Assembly: GCA_013239625.1 (NCBI GenBank)
Contig: MU053365.1
Location: forward strand, 2,204,115-2,268,114
Direction: 5' to 3'
Length of the DNA stretch: 64,000 nucleotides
From: Lama guanicoe
Lineage: Eukaryota
Of the stretch, positions 50,411-64,000 are shown piece after piece. Below the pieces are notes generated by a model. That model had not been told where the DNA came from and did no database searches. It was given only the letters and a program-made list of their open reading frames with translations. The stretch's first letter is position 1; the number at the start of each line of letters is the position of its first letter. The position numbers were made by a program, and so were the translations under genes.

Positions 50411-50859
50411 ACAAGCATGGCTAGACATAAAATAGACCCAGGCCTTTACTCTGCCACATGTGACGTGGTTTGTCACTGTCCCAGAGATAACAGATTTCTC
50501 CAGAGGAGAGCTAATGAGTACAGAATACAGTGAGTCTTGGCCTGGGCATCAAATTTCCATATACTTGCCCTAAAGTAAACTAATTTTTTGCACTGATCAT
50601 GTCGTACTCTGGGGTCACTTTGAACCTGTGATAAATTAAAACTCTCAGGCTTTATTAATATGAACTGCTCTAAAGCCACATCTCTCCCACCGAAAATATG
50701 GTCCATTGCCCCAGAGAAGAGATTATTATTTTGCAGTACGCACAAGGGCAAATCTTGATGCACAACTTCATTACAGAGAGAAAAACAGAACTCAAGTCAG
50801 ATCTAGAACAACTACTCATATCTGCATTCTAGTGTTTCACTTAAAGAACCCCTGATATT

Positions 50860-51225
50860 AGCATTGTCGTATGTAAGAGCAAGTTTAGGACATATGGATC
50901 TGTATTTGCAACCTCGCTCCAGTATTTACAATCTAGAGAAGTCTGATAAAGCTGTCCGAGCTTAGAACTCATCATCTACTAAATGATAGTAAAGTTATTA
51001 CTCATCTGGTAGGGTTTTTAACTCAACAAATATTTATTGAGCAGCTACTATGTGCTGGGGGCTATGCTAGGCACCAGGAATACAATAATGGGCAAGACGG
51101 CTTACAGTTCCTGTCCTTGTGGTGCTTATGTTCTAATAGCATTTAAGCACTGGAGAAAATGCGTGTGGTATACCAAGCACAGTGCCTAGAAGAGATGCTG
51201 AGGGAGCGACAGCAATCATTTTTCA
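50860..51225. mobile_element. MIR (+) interrupted by an L2 tail (-, about 51020-51140)
   Basis: MIR halves flank actcaacaaatatttattgagcagctactatgtgc...cctgtccttgtggtgcttatgttcta. Confidence 0.7.
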
Positions 51226-51646
51226 ACTACATCATGTTGGACTCATCACATGGTCGACTTGAACTTCTGCTCAAATTGTTAAGAGTGACAGAGCTGTCAC
51301 ACATGTGTGCCGTAGACACATCTCACCCCCACCCCAACACCAGTTGCACTCACACCCATAGTGGCACGAAAAAGCAAGAGGAATTGCAACCAAGAGATCA
51401 AATTGTGAGGCGGTTCTCAAAGTAGATGCAATTGAATTGTCTGAGACAGAGAAACAAGAGGAAACACAGCCTAAAGGACAGAAAGGAACAAATAATTTCT
51501 AAGGTAATGCCAGAATTACAGAAACTCTAACAGAGAAACCAAATACAAAGAACTTGAGGGACTCCTGGGAAAATTTTCAAGGTCATTGACATACAATATT
51601 CAGAATGTGAGAGAAAGACATTCTTTCCCAGCAATCCCCATAGCTA

Positions 51647-51669
51647 CACACACACACACACACACACAG
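51647..51669 (+). repeat. (CA)n microsatellite
   Basis: About 11 units. Confidence 0.9.
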
Positions 51670-52635
51670 AGTGACATGCAGTTGTGGCATTTGACCCTAG
51701 GCTAAAACTAAAAAGAAACTACCTGACTGGCAGGAGCTCCTCATAAGAGTATGGAAACCTGACAGAGAATCAGAGAAGGGCTTGCAGTAGTTACAGGTCT
51801 CCACAGCAAGCGTGTGTTTGTGAGAGAGAGAGGTATGGATGGAGGGAGCAGCATAGCCTAGGAGGGAGGGAGTTACACTAAAATCCTCCACCAGCAGCAC
51901 AGAGCACTGCTCATTGGCAGGCGATTAGAGAGGGCGCTAAGCCCACCCACCTGTAGAGAAGCCAGCCAGTTGACACATCCAGCTGCTCACCCAGAGCCCC
52001 AGTCAGCCACCTGCCGTAACTTGGAGAAGAAGTTACTGTTGGGCCAACAGAACTGTTCCCCTCAGATCTAGACTAATCAATGCAAATCTTCATTCAAAAT
52101 AAATTCACACAACATTGTAAACTGATTATACTTAAATTAAATATATATATATATACATAAAACATATATAAAACAAGGAAAATGAAAGAAAAGGACCAGA
52201 ATGTATACCCTGGACAAAGGTGCACAATTGAGTCTATAGGAAATATATAATTTAGGGAAGAAAGGAGACGTGTATGTACTCAGAATGTGAAAGGAGTGTT
52301 CATCCATTAAACAAGAAAAGACTTCTATGAAGAAAAGCAATCCAACAATAAGAAAAAGAGTTTAAGAACTAAAACAATGACTGGCAAATATGGCATTTAA
52401 TAGAAGGGCTGAAATGTATATATAGCAAAAATTCTGGAAATAAAAGTTTGACATTTTTTTTCACAATCACGTTGAGAGACATTAACACACCCCTACCTTT
52501 ACTCCAAATGCTAATAAAAAAAAGAATGAAATTGCTACAAGGGAAGCAAAAGGGAGGCCTTACAACAAGTAAAAGCAGAAAATAAGAAATGGAAACCATT
52601 AAAAACATAGACTTGATTAATAAAACCAAAAACCA

Positions 52636-55600
52636 TTTTTTAAACTGTGATGAAATAAACAGTGTCAAACTGGCCATCTTAATGATTTTGAACTGAACAG
52701 TTCAGCACTGTTAAATATATTCATTGTTTGCAACCAACATCCAGAACTTGTGCATCTTGCAAAACTGAAACTCTATTTCCATTAAACACAAAACTTCCCA
52801 CGCCCACCTCCCCCAGTGCCTGGCAACCACCAGTCTACTTTCTATTTCTATGCATTTGACTGCTCTCGATGTCCCATACAAGTGTCATCAAATAGCGTTT
52901 GTCTTTTTGTGACTGGCTATTTCACTTAGTGTAATGACCTCAAGGTTCATCTATGTTGTACCACGTGTTAAAATTCTCTTCCTTTTTAAGGCTGAATAAT
53001 ATTCCGTTGAGTTTATCCACTTATTCCTCCATGGACACTTGTTGCTTCCACCTTTGGGCTACTGTGAATACTACTGCTATAAACATGTGTATACATACAT
53101 CTCTTTGAGATACTGTTTTAATTCTCTGGGGGCATATACCCAGAAGGTGACCTTCTGGGTCATATGGCAATTCTATGTTTAATCTTTTGAGGAAATGCCG
53201 TACCATTTCCCCTAGTGGAATGGCTACATCATTTTACATTTCCACCAATGGTGCACAAGGATTCTAATCCCTGTAAATCGTTACAAACACTTGTTATTTT
53301 CTGTTTTTTGTTGTTTGTTTGTTTGTTGGATGGGGTCATTCTACTAGATGTGAGATGGACTCTCATTTTGAGTTTTCATTTGTGTTTCCCCCAAAATTAG
53401 TGATGTTGACATCTGTTTGCATGGTTGTGGCTATTTGTGTATTTTCCTTGGAGAAAGTTCTATTTAAGTCTCTTGAACATTTTTAAATTGGTTATCTGTG
53501 GGTTTTTTGTTGTTGTTGTTGAGTGGTAGGAGTTGTTATATATTCCAGATAAGAATCCCTTACCAAATATATTATTTGCAAATATCTTATCCCATTCTGT
53601 AGGTTGACTTCTCATTCTGTTGACTGTATCTCTTTTTCTTAAACATTTTTTATTGAGTTATAGTCATTTTACGATGTTGTGCCAAATTCCAGTGTAGAGC
53701 ACAATTTTTCAGTTATACATGAACTTATGTATATTTATTGTCACACTTTTTTCTCTGTGAGCTACCACAAGATTTTGTATATATTTCCCTGTGCTATGCA
53801 GTATAATCTTGTTGATCTATTCTACATTTTGAAATCCCAGTCTGTCCCTTCCCACCCCGTGCCCCCTTGGCAACCACGAGTTTGTATTCTATGTCTATGA
53901 GTCTGTTTCTGTTTTGTACTTATGTTTTGTTTTGTTTTTAGAGTCCACATATGAGCGATCTCATATGGTATTTTTCTTTCTCTTTCTGACTTACTTCACT
54001 TAGAATGACATTCTCCAGGAGCATCCATGTTGCTGCAAATGGCATTATGTTATGAGTTTTTATGGCTGAGTAGTATTCCATTGTATAAATATACCACTTC
54101 TTCTTTATCCAGTCATCTGTTGATGGACATTTAGGCTGTCTCCATGTCTTGGCTATTGTAAATAGTGCTGCTATGAACATTGGGGTGCAGGTGTCATCCT
54201 GAAGTAGATTTCCTTCTGGATACAAGCCCAGGAGTGGGATTCCTGGGTCATATGGTAAGTCTATTCCTAGTCTTTTGAGGAATCTCCACATAGTCTTTTG
54301 AGGAACCTCCATGCTGTTTCCACAGTGGCTGCACCAAACTGCATTCCCACCAGCAGTGTAGGAGGGTTCCCTTTTCTCCACAGCCTCTCCAGTATTTGTC
54401 ATTTGTGGATTTTAGAATGACGGCCATTCTGACTGGTGTGAGGTGATACCTCAATGTAGTTTTGATTTGCATTTCTCTGCTAATTAGTGATTCTGAGCAC
54501 TTTTTCAAGTGCCTATTGATCATTTGTATGTCTTCCTTGGAGAATTGCTTGTTTAGGTCTTCTGCCCATTTTTGGATTGGGTTGTTTATTTTCTTCTTAT
54601 TGAGTCATACAAGCTGCTTATATATTCTGGAGATCAAGCCTTTGTCGGTTTCATTTGCAAAAATTTTCTCCCATTCCATAGGTTGTCTTTTTGTTTTACT
54701 TATGCTTTCCTTTGCTGTGCAGAAGCTTGTAAGTTTCATTAGGTCCCATTTGTTTATTCTTGCTATTATTTCTATTGCTTGGGTAGACTGTCCTAGGAGA
54801 ACATTTTTGAGATGAATGTGAGATAATATTTTGCCTATATTTTCTTCTAGGAGGTTTATTGTATCTTGTCTTATGTTTAAGTCTTTGATCCATTTTGAGT
54901 TGATTTTTGTGTATGGTGTAAGGGAGTGTTCTAGCTTCATTGCTTTACATGCTGCTGTCCAGTTTTCCCAACACCATTTGCTGAAGAGATTGTCTTTATT
55001 CCATTGTATATTCTTGCCTCCTTTGTTGAAGATGAGTTGACCAAAAGTTTGTGGGTTCATTTCTGGGCTCTCTATTCTGTTCCATTGGTCTATATGTCTG
55101 TTTTTGCACCAATACCATGCTGTCTTGATGACTGTAGCTCTACAGTATTGTCTGAAGTCTGGGAGAGTTATTCCTCCAGTCTCTTTCTTTTTCTTCAGTA
55201 ATGCTTTGGCAATTCTAGGTCTTTCGTGGTTCCCTATAAATTTTATTATGATTTGTTATGGTTCTGTGAAATATGTCCTGGGTCATTTGATAGGGATTGC
55301 ATTAAATCTGTAGATTGCCTTTGGCAGTGTGACCATTTTAACAATATTGATTCTTCGAATCCAGGAGCATGGGATATCTTTCCATTTTTTTAAGTCTTCT
55401 TTAATTTCTTTCAATGATTTATAGTTTTCTGTGAATAATTCTTTCACCTCCTTGGTTAGATTTATTCCTAGGTATTTTATTACTTTGGGTGCTATTTTAA
55501 AGGGGATTGTTTCTTTATTTTCTTTTTCTGTTAATTCACTGTTAGTGTAAAGAAATGCAACTGATTTTTGAATGTTAATCTTGTAGCCTGCTACCTTGCT

Positions 55601-56060
55601 GAATTCTTCGATCAGCTCTAGTAGTTTTTATGTGGACCATTTAGGGTTTTCTATATATAGTAACATGTCATCGGCATATAGTGACACTTTTACCTCTCCT
55701 TTTCCAATTTGGATCCCTTTTATTTCTCTCTCTTTCCTGATTGCTATGGCTAGGACTTCCAAGACTATGTTGTATAGGAGTGGTGATAGTGGGCATCCTT
55801 TTCTTGTCCCAGAGTTTTGTGGGAATATTTTGAGTTTTTCACCATTGAGTACTATGCTGGCTGTAGGTTTGTCATATATAGCTTTTATTATGTTGAGATA
55901 TGTTCCCTCTATACCCACTTTGGCGAGAGTTTTTATCATAAATGGGTGTTGAATTTTATCAAATGCTTTTTCTGCATCTATTTGATTGTATTTCTTGATG
56001 CACATAAGTTTTTAATATTGATGCAGCCCAATTTATCTACTTTTACTTTTGCTGCCTATG
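52636..56060 (-). mobile_element. L1MB-like 3' fragment interrupted by a young L1
   Basis: ttttttaaactgtgatg...cctggcaaccac...; ORF2 C-terminus RHFLKRLNIELPYDP; resumes at 55982. Confidence 0.88.
53635..55981 (-). mobile_element. Young lineage-specific 5'-truncated L1 (about 2.35 kb)
   Basis: Long ORF2 stretches: [17 protein letters not shown]...[14 protein letters not shown] (RT core) and C-terminus. TSD ttgactgtatctctt (53620-53634) / ttgattgtatttctt (55982-55996). 23-bp internal tandem duplication at 54268-54313. Confidence 0.95.
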
Positions 56061-57064
56061 AAAAAGCCAAGTTTTTTAAATAAGCAGTACAATTGGCAAA
56101 CCTTTGTGAACTCTGAATACAGATTTGGAGAAAAAGAGAAGACCAAATCAATGCACAGGTGTTTAACTTTAGGAATGAGAAAGGGAACAAAGCTAGAGAT
56201 GAGCCATGAAATCAATGCACTCTCAGTTTTCTTTAAATCTAGCTTTTTTGTCATAGAATTTCATAGGCTGATTCAAAAAATTATTCAGAAAAGAAAATGT
56301 ATAAGAACAGAGGGGGCATATTTTGCATAGCAAAATAGGGGTGGGGCAGTAGCCCTCTACCTATAAAGTTATAGTAATTAAGAGAGTGTACCACTGTCAC
56401 AGGACTAGAAAATTATATCAGTGGAACAGAAAGTAAAGTCTAAAAACAAATACAGGTTCACAGAGAAACTTGACATATAATATTTCAGTCAGGGATGAAT
56501 TAAATATTTATCAAATGGTCTTAGGACAATTGTCTACTTGTAAAAAATATACATGATTGGATCTTTCCTTCAGATCATTCAAAAAATTAAAGTCCATACA
56601 GATTAAAGATCTGGGTATGAAAACTACACAATTTCAAATATACTGGGAAAAATTAAGAGAATTTTTTCTCATTGTTTCAAAGTAGAAAAGGCCTTACTAA
56701 GCAAGACACAAAACCCAGAAGCCTATAGGAAAAGATCAACAGATTTGAGTGTATAAACACTTATTGTTTAATGAGAGAAATCATAAGGAAAAAGCAAATT
56801 ACAAGTGTAAGGCTGAGAAAAAATATTTAAAACATAAACTACAGACAGGATTAAAATTGAGAATATATACAGGCCGTCTAACAACCCAAAGTCAAAGGCA
56901 AACAACTCAGTAGGAATTTAAGCAAAAAGTATAAAGATATTTCACAAGTGGATCATATGGGCCAAAAATATCTAAAATTATATTCATTTGAATTATTAAT
57001 TAGGAAAATTAGAACTAATACCAAGCATAAGACATTTTTCCCATGTGATAGGCAAAATTTTAAG

Positions 57065-60000
57065 TTTTTTTCCAGCTTTATTGAGATATAATTGGCATAT
57101 ATATTGTTTAAGGTGTACAGTGTAGTGGTTTTATATATGTTGAGAAATGATTGCCACAATAAAGTTAGTTAACACATCCATCACCTCATGTAGTGACCTT
57201 TCTGTCTGTATGTGGTGAGAAATTTTAAAATTTAGTCTCCCAGCAATTTTCAAATATATAATACAGTACTGTAAACTGTAGTCACCATGCTGTACATTAT
57301 ATCCCCAGAACATACCCATCTTATAACTGGAATTTTGTACCCTTTAACCATTTTCATCCATCTTCCTCATCTGTCAGCCCCCAGCCTTGGCAACCACCAA
57401 TCTGTTCTCTGTTTCCATGAACTTTTTTTTTTTTTTAGAATCCACATATAAGTGAGATCACACAGTATCTGTCTCTCTCTATCTGACTTATTTCACTTAG
57501 CATAATGCTCTCAAGGTCCATCCATGTTGTCACAAATGGCATGATTTCCTTCTTTTTGTGGTTGAATAAGATTCCATTGTGTGTATTTTTTTCCTTAGCT
57601 ATTCATCTGTCAACAGACACTTAGGTTGTTTCCACGTCTTGGCTATTGGACATAATGCTGCATTATACACAAGGGCGCAGATGTCTCTTCAAGACAGTGA
57701 TTTCATTTCCCTCAGATAAACACCCAGAAGTGGGATTACTGGTTCATATGCTAGTTCATTTTCCCTTTTCTAAGGAGACTCCATACTGTTTTCCATTGTG
57801 GCTGAACCAATTTACAGTCCCAGCAACAGTGTACAAGGGTTCCATTTTTTCTACATCCTTGCCAGCACTTGTTTTCTCTTGTCTTCTTGATAATAGCCAT
57901 TCTAAAAGTTGTGAGGTGATATCTCATTATGGCTTAGAGTTGCATTTCCCTGATAATTAGTGATGTTAAGCACTTTTTAATGTACCTGTTGGCTATTTGA
58001 ATATCTTCATGGGAGAAATGTCTTTTCAGGTTCTTTGCCATTTTTCAGTTGGATTATTTGGAGATTTTTGCTATTGAATTGTATGAGTTCTTTATATATT
58101 TGGATATTAACCTCTTACATGATAAGTGGTTTACAAATATTTTCTCCCATTCTGTAGGATGCCTTTTCATTTTGTTGATCTTTACTTTTGCTGTGCAAAA
58201 GCTTTTTAGTTTGTTGTAGTCACACTTGTTTATTTTTGTTTTCGTTGCTTGTGCTTTGGGTGTCATATCCTTAAAACCACTGTCAAGACCAATGCCATGG
58301 AATTTTTTCCCTATGTTTTTTCTATGAGTTTTATGATTTCAGGTCTTATATTTAAATCTTTAATCCATTTCAAGTTAATTTTTGTGAATAGGGTAACACA
58401 GGGGTCCAGTTTCTTTCATTCTTTTCCATATAAATATCCAGTTTGGCCAGCATGATTTATTTAAGATACTACCCTTTCCCCATCAAGTATTCTTGGTTCC
58501 ATTGTAATTTTACTTGACTATATAAACACAGGTATATTTCTGGCCTCTTGATTCTGACTCGTTGGTGTTGATGTTTCCATGCCACTATCATACTCTTTTA
58601 ATTACTTTAGCTTTGTAATATAGTTTTGAAATCAGGAAGTGTAATGTCTCCAACTTTGTTCTTTTTTCTCATGATTGCTTTGTCTGTTTGGAGTCTTTTG
58701 TGGTTCCATACAAATTTTAGAATTTTTTCTATACCTATAAAAACTGCCATTGGAATTTTGATGGGATGCATTGAATCTGTAGATTACTTTGGGTAGTATG
58801 GACATTTTAATACCATTAATTCTGCCAACCCATGAACATTAGGTATCTTTCCATTTAAATATGTCTTCTTCATTTTGTTCATCAATATTTTACAGTTTTA
58901 TGTGTAAGGATCATTATCCTCCTTAGTTACTTATTCCTAAGCATTTCATTGTTTTTGATGCTATTGTAAGTGATATTTTCTCTATTTCTTTTTCAGATAA
59001 TTAATTGTTAGTGTATAGAAATGTGGTTACTTTTGTTTAGTGATTTTGCATCCTATCACTTTATTGAATTTTTATTAGTTCTAATAGTTTTTTGGTGGAG
59101 TCATCAGGATTTTCTATGTGTAAGATCATGGCATCTGCAAACAGATACAGTTTTAATTCCTCCTTTCCAATTAAGAAGCATTTTATTCTTTTTCTTGCCC
59201 AATTGTTCTGGCTAGGACTTCTGATATGTTGAATAGTAGTGGTGAGAGTGGGCACACTTGTCTTGTTCCTGATCTTAGAGGAAAAGCTTTCAACCTTTCA
59301 CTACTGTGTATGATGTTAGCTGTGTGTTTGTCATATATGGCCTGTATTATGTTGCAGTATCTTCTTTATATACTCAATTTTTAAGTGTTTTTTTATCATG
59401 AAAGGATGTTGAATTTTGACAAATGCTTTTTCTGCATCTATTGAGATGGTCTGTTTTTTAATCTTTCATTCTATTAGTATGCTGTATTATACTTGTTTAT
59501 TTGCATATCTTGAACCATCTTAGTTCCCCAGGGATGAATCTGACTTGTTCATGGTGTATTACACTTTAAATGTGCTATTAAATTTGGTTTGCTAATATTT
59601 TGTTGAGAATCTTTGCATCTATATCCATCGAGGATATTGGCCTGTAGTTTTCTCATAGTTTTAGTATCTGGCTTCAGTATTAGTATGCTGACTTTGTGAT
59701 ATGAGTTTTGGAGTATTCCCTTCTTTTTTATTTTTTGAAATAATTTGAGAAGGATCGGCATTAATTCTTCTTTAAATGTTTGGTTCCATTTAACCAGTGA
59801 AACCATCAGTTCTGGGTTTTTCTTTCTTGGGAGCTTTTGGATTACTAATGTAATCTCTTTACTTAGTATTGGTCTGTTCAAATGGCCTAATTCTTCTTGA
59901 TTCAGCCCTGGTAGTGGTATATTTCTAGGAATTTATCTATTTCTTCTAGGTTGTGCAATTTGATGGCATAAAGTTGTTAATAGTAGTCTCACTTGATCCT

Positions 60001-60918
60001 TTGCATTTCTGTGGTATCAGTTTTACCATCTCCCCTGTCATGTATAATTTTATTTATTTGCCATCAAGAAGATACAATAATTATAAATACTTATGGACCC
60101 AACATCAGAGGACCTAAATATGCAAAGCAAATGCTAACAAAACTAAAAGTAAAAAAAAAAGCAACAATATTGGGGGACTTTAATACCCCACTCTCAACAA
60201 TGGCTCTATTATCTGGCAAAGAACCAATGAGGAAGTAGCATATTTGAACAACATTATAGAAAAATGGACTTAACTAACAGACATATACAGAATATTTCAT
60301 CCAACAGCAGCAGAATATACATTCTTCTGAAGCACACATGGAACATTTTCTAGGACAGATCATATATTTGGCCACAAAACAAGTCTCAACAAATTCAAGA
60401 AGGTAGGCATTATATCAATTATCTTTTCTAACCATGATGGAATGAAACCAGAAGTCAATAACAGGAGGAATACTGGAACAATCACAAATACATGGAAATT
60501 AAAAACCACACTCCTGAACAACAAATGGGTCAAAGAAGATATCAAAATGGAAATAAAAAATATCTCGAGACAAATGAAAATAGAATCTCAATATACCAAA
60601 ATTTATGGATATAGCAAAAGCAGTTCTAAAAGGGAAGTTTACAGTGATAAACACATTCATCAGAAAAAAAGAAAGATCTCAAATAAATAATCTAACTTTA
60701 CACCAAGGAACTTTTAAAATAAGAACAAACTAAGGCCAAAGCTAACAAAAGAAAGAAAATAATAAAGATATGAGCAGAAATAAACAGAGAATAGAGAGAC
60801 AATAGAAAAGACTGAGAAAACCAAGAGTTGTTTCTTTAAAAAGATAAACAAATTTGACAAAATTTTAGATACACTAAATAACAAAAAATAGAAAGAACCT
60901 AAATAATAAAATTATAAA
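57065..60918 (-). mobile_element. L1MA-like element with 5' inversion (minus 57065-60060, plus 60061-60918)
   Basis: Minus-strand 3' UTR/RT (LYLFADAMIL) switches at 60061 to a plus-strand EN domain (HQEDTIIINTYGPN...ILGDFNTPLS). Confidence 0.92.
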
Positions 60919-62199
60919 CAAATTTTTCAAATTATAATAATATACACATTTGCCTGTGAACATTTATCTCATCTGTTACTGGAGATAAGATAAAAGAGTA
61001 GTCTTTTCAGAGGGCAATTCGGTGGGGTACACATACATATTAAAGGTACAGTTGATTTAAATTCATGATTTGGTTACTGGGTATTGATTCTCATGTGAAG
61101 CAAGGGGCATGTACAATATTGCTCACCACATTGTTGATGGGAAAGAAGTTAAATAGGTATTAATTGGGAAGTGGCTAAGTAAGTTGCAGTATCATCTACA
61201 CTATAGACATGATCAATTTAAACACACTGATGTATGCACTGACATAGAAAGATCTGTAATATATATAATTTAGTGAAAATAAGAGAGTGGTAGAATAATA
61301 CATAGAGCAAAGTTCAATTACTATTAAATGTTTATTTGTCCATGCACACAGCTAGAAATAGACACATAGACAGTAAACTGTCCACAGTTGTCTCTCAGAA
61401 AGAGGTGGAATTAAGGCACAGTTTCCATTTTTATCCTGTATTCTACATATTTGAAATCATTTTTCACTACAAGATGGTGTCCACGCTGTGCTTGCATAAA
61501 AACAAAGTAAAATATCTCTATTTTCTTTCCTAACTCCTTCTCCTGAATAAATCATATTTCCATAAGCTTTGTTCTATCTTTTCTTATTTTTCTTTAATAT
61601 GGTAAGTGTAATTACCCATTTAAAAGATTCATTGCCTTCATTAAACTATTCTAAATTCAACTTTTTAATCCTAGTGAATTTATTTTGCTTAGTTGGGGAG
61701 CTATGAAAGAAAAGAAGGAAAAAATCTTGCATAACTACCCACTTTCATTAGTTTCCCTGGGCCAAAAATCATGAGACATGTTTTCAACAGTCATACTATG
61801 GCCAATGGCTTACTGATGAGTCTAATCCAGTAGTCCAACGTGTTGGTTGGTAGCCAAATGCCAATGGCAGATAATTCACTGTTTCTTCCATTCCTGAGTT
61901 GCTGCATCCACTAAACCTTCATTATGAGTCACAACCAAATTAGCTTTTGCACAAAAATAGAGTCTCAGTGAATATGAACAAACGGCAGCTTTTAATACTT
62001 AAGCAGGGCATGCAAGTGTTCTACTTCAAAAAAGTTTTCATTAATGAATATTTTATTTTATTTTGCATCTCATGCAAATGGAATAAAGAAACAAATGTTC
62101 CTCACTTGTTATTATGCACTAAGCCTTATCTGATAAAAGCTTGGGCTGAAATAACAGATGGCTTCTGCTAGTTTGTCAGAGTAATATTTCTCAAACCAT

Positions 62200-62430
62200 A
62201 GAGTATAGTACAATGGGTCTTGATCAGACTTAACAACTTAGGATTTAGTCACAGCTTTTGCATTTTCCTGCTATGTGACCTTGAAAATAAAAGCACTTAA
62301 CCTCTATAAACCTCATTTTCCTTATATATAAGACACAGATAATATTACTTGTCCTTGTCCCCTCATAAAATTGTAAGATTCACATGAAATATTGGAGGGC
62401 CAAATCTCTCAACTGCAAGGCACTATGAAT
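62200..62430 (+). mobile_element. MIR SINE
   Basis: gctatgtgaccttgaaaa...cacttaacctctataaacctcattttccttat. Confidence 0.8.
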
Positions 62431-63611
62431 GTGGAAGGTGTGAATATTAGATACGAATCAGCCAGTTGAGGCTGTATTAATTCAATCAACAGGAAGACAA
62501 AATAACTATTTAAACTCTGTGCTTCTCTTGCAAAAAAAAAGTTGTTTTCTTATATCACAGAGTCAAGTCACAAGTATGAAATGCAATAAATGCATCTCCA
62601 AGGCACAGTCACTGGGGAGGCAAAGTTCTACTGGGGAGTACGGGCGCCCTTACTCTTCTGAATGGTGTGGAAGAAGAGCTGTCAGTCCTCGTCACATCTT
62701 GTTATCTTTCGGCAGTGGCGCTCTTTGGTATCGGAGCTGCCGCTTTGGTCTCCAGGGAGAGAGGCGCCATGCTTACGGTGCGGTGGGAGGTTTGCTGAGA
62801 ACCGAGCGAAGCCATAGCAGCCCTTAGCAGCGTGGTGATTTAGTGCTTTCCTTAAATAATTTAACATTAATTTTTTTTAAAAAAATCATGTGCTGTAACA
62901 AGTGTTTTAATGCTAAGAGAAGAAAAATAAAATGAGCTTTAAGTGTTTCTGCATGTTGCATACTATATTTCTTTGAAAATAAATCAGACTGTAGTTTTGA
63001 CACCTGCACAGAGGAAAGAGAATCAGGAGAGAAGAAACTCAGACAGTGGTGAGATTTAAAAAAGTATGGACCAACCCAAAGCAGAGCTCTGGGGCAAAGA
63101 GGATGAGTTAGAGGGTTCTGCCTTAGCCAAAATGGCCAGGCCCTTGTACCTCTGCCATTTTCAGTCATTCCCTAAGACTTAGCTGGGAAGAATGTGGCCA
63201 GGGAGCTAAGATGGTTCCCGAAGAAGCCAACAGTGGGAGGCTGTGAGCTAGCTGCGTTCCTTGAACCTGAACAGCGAGTTCTTTCTTGCAGGGAGCTCCA
63301 GGCACACACATCCATGGCTGCCACGGTCGGTGCTGGAGGTCAGGAGAGAAAGAAACGCATTAGAAAGTGTCGTAGGGGTGAGGAATGACGAGCGCATTAG
63401 GTAAATGAAGTAGGGTTCCTGGGTAGCACGATCGTGTGTCCTTCTCAGTTCATGTTCGCCGACTGCAGTAGGTAAATGGAGAGTTGGATTTACCAGGGTT
63501 GGGATTTTCTTTTGAGTCAAACAGACGGCAAAGTTCGTACATTTCCATCCAGTTCCAACGTTTGACAGTTCTATGTGCACTAAGGTGATCTTTCACTCAA
63601 ATGGCTCCCAC

Positions 63612-63830
63612 GTTGATTCTGGCAAAACATAGCCCATGGGTCAAATTTCACCTGGCTGTTTTCATAAATAAAGCTTTGTTGCAATACAGCCAAGCCCATT
63701 GTTTACATATTGTCTGTGTCCTTTATCACGCTACAGACAGAGGGTTGAGTCGTCACAACAGAGACTGTATGGTCTTCCAAGCCGAAAACATTTGCTTTCT
63801 GGACCTTTCAAGGCAGAGTTTGTCCCTGGC
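63612..63830. mobile_element. MER58A-type hAT-Charlie MITE
   Basis: ggcaaaacatagcccatgggtcaaat...aaataaagctttgttgcaatacagcca...cagagactgtatgg...tctggacctt. Confidence 0.88.
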
Positions 63831-64000
63831 TGAGGCTAATCCAGCTGGTCTTCCCTGTGGGTCCCTCCTAAAATTGTGGTTCCAAAGACAAGGAGAATTC
63901 TTTGATTGTGGACATCGGGGCACGTGTGATCCCTGCTAGATCTCTCAGGCCCTAGCAAATCGCTTAACATTTAGTCGGTACGTAATGTATTTCTGTTGCT

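Larger units (their letters stand above)
52170..61505 (+). mobile_element. Old L1 (L1ME-like) host split by nested insertions; pieces at about 52170-52635, 56060-57060 and 60920-61505
   Basis: Collinear sense-strand decayed L1 pieces (ORF1-like, ORF2-like aaggccttactaagcaagacacaaaacccagaagcc, 3' UTR-like). It may extend 5' to about 51400. Confidence 0.65.

Noticed and set aside
53938..56005. Reverse-transcriptase ORFs with YADD as a possible novel RT system
   Set aside because: Ordinary 5'-truncated, frameshifted L1 ORF2 with a 3' UTR and TSD.
62705..62770. Possible pre-miRNA hairpin
   Set aside because: Stems are only about 6 bp, and it matches no mature miRNA I know.
5900..63520. Scattered AP-1 (TGAGTCA) and GAS (TTCNNNGAA) motifs
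   Set aside because: Several of each are expected by chance in 64 kb, and I saw no clustering.
1..64000. CRISPR arrays, operons or prokaryotic defence systems
   Set aside because: The sequence is mammalian, with no regularly spaced repeat-spacer array or gene-dense ORF organisation.

Overview
This is mammalian genomic DNA, most likely camelid (Camelus/Vicugna/Lama). I infer that from one tRNA-derived SINE and several L1 3' ends resembling camelid families as I recall them, and from seeing no Alu, B1/B2, Bov-A/BovB or PRE-1 elements. I recognise no host protein-coding gene, rRNA, functional tRNA or CRISPR array. The recognisable ORFs in the track are decayed L1 ORF1/ORF2, L2 or Tigger1 fragments, or microsatellite read-through; the rest look like chance ORFs. 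Much of the window is interspersed repeat: L1 blocks at about 16.4-22.7, 38.4-40.2 and 51.4-61.5 kb, L2/MIR fragments, ERV1/ERVL/MaLR solo LTRs, and hAT and Tigger DNA transposons. The best-supported oddities are structural: two 5'-inverted (twin-primed) L1 insertions, nested L1s with target-site duplications (TSDs), a perfect 58-bp palindrome and a 329-nt pure-purine tract. More speculative are a CpG-rich promoter-like region at 46.3-47.7 kb with a possible minus-strand spliced transcript, and a local AT-to-GC drift suggesting GC-biased gene conversion. I found no convincing previously undescribed biological system. Repeat family names come from recalled consensus sequences, and boundaries are approximate unless a TSD or terminal repeat is given.
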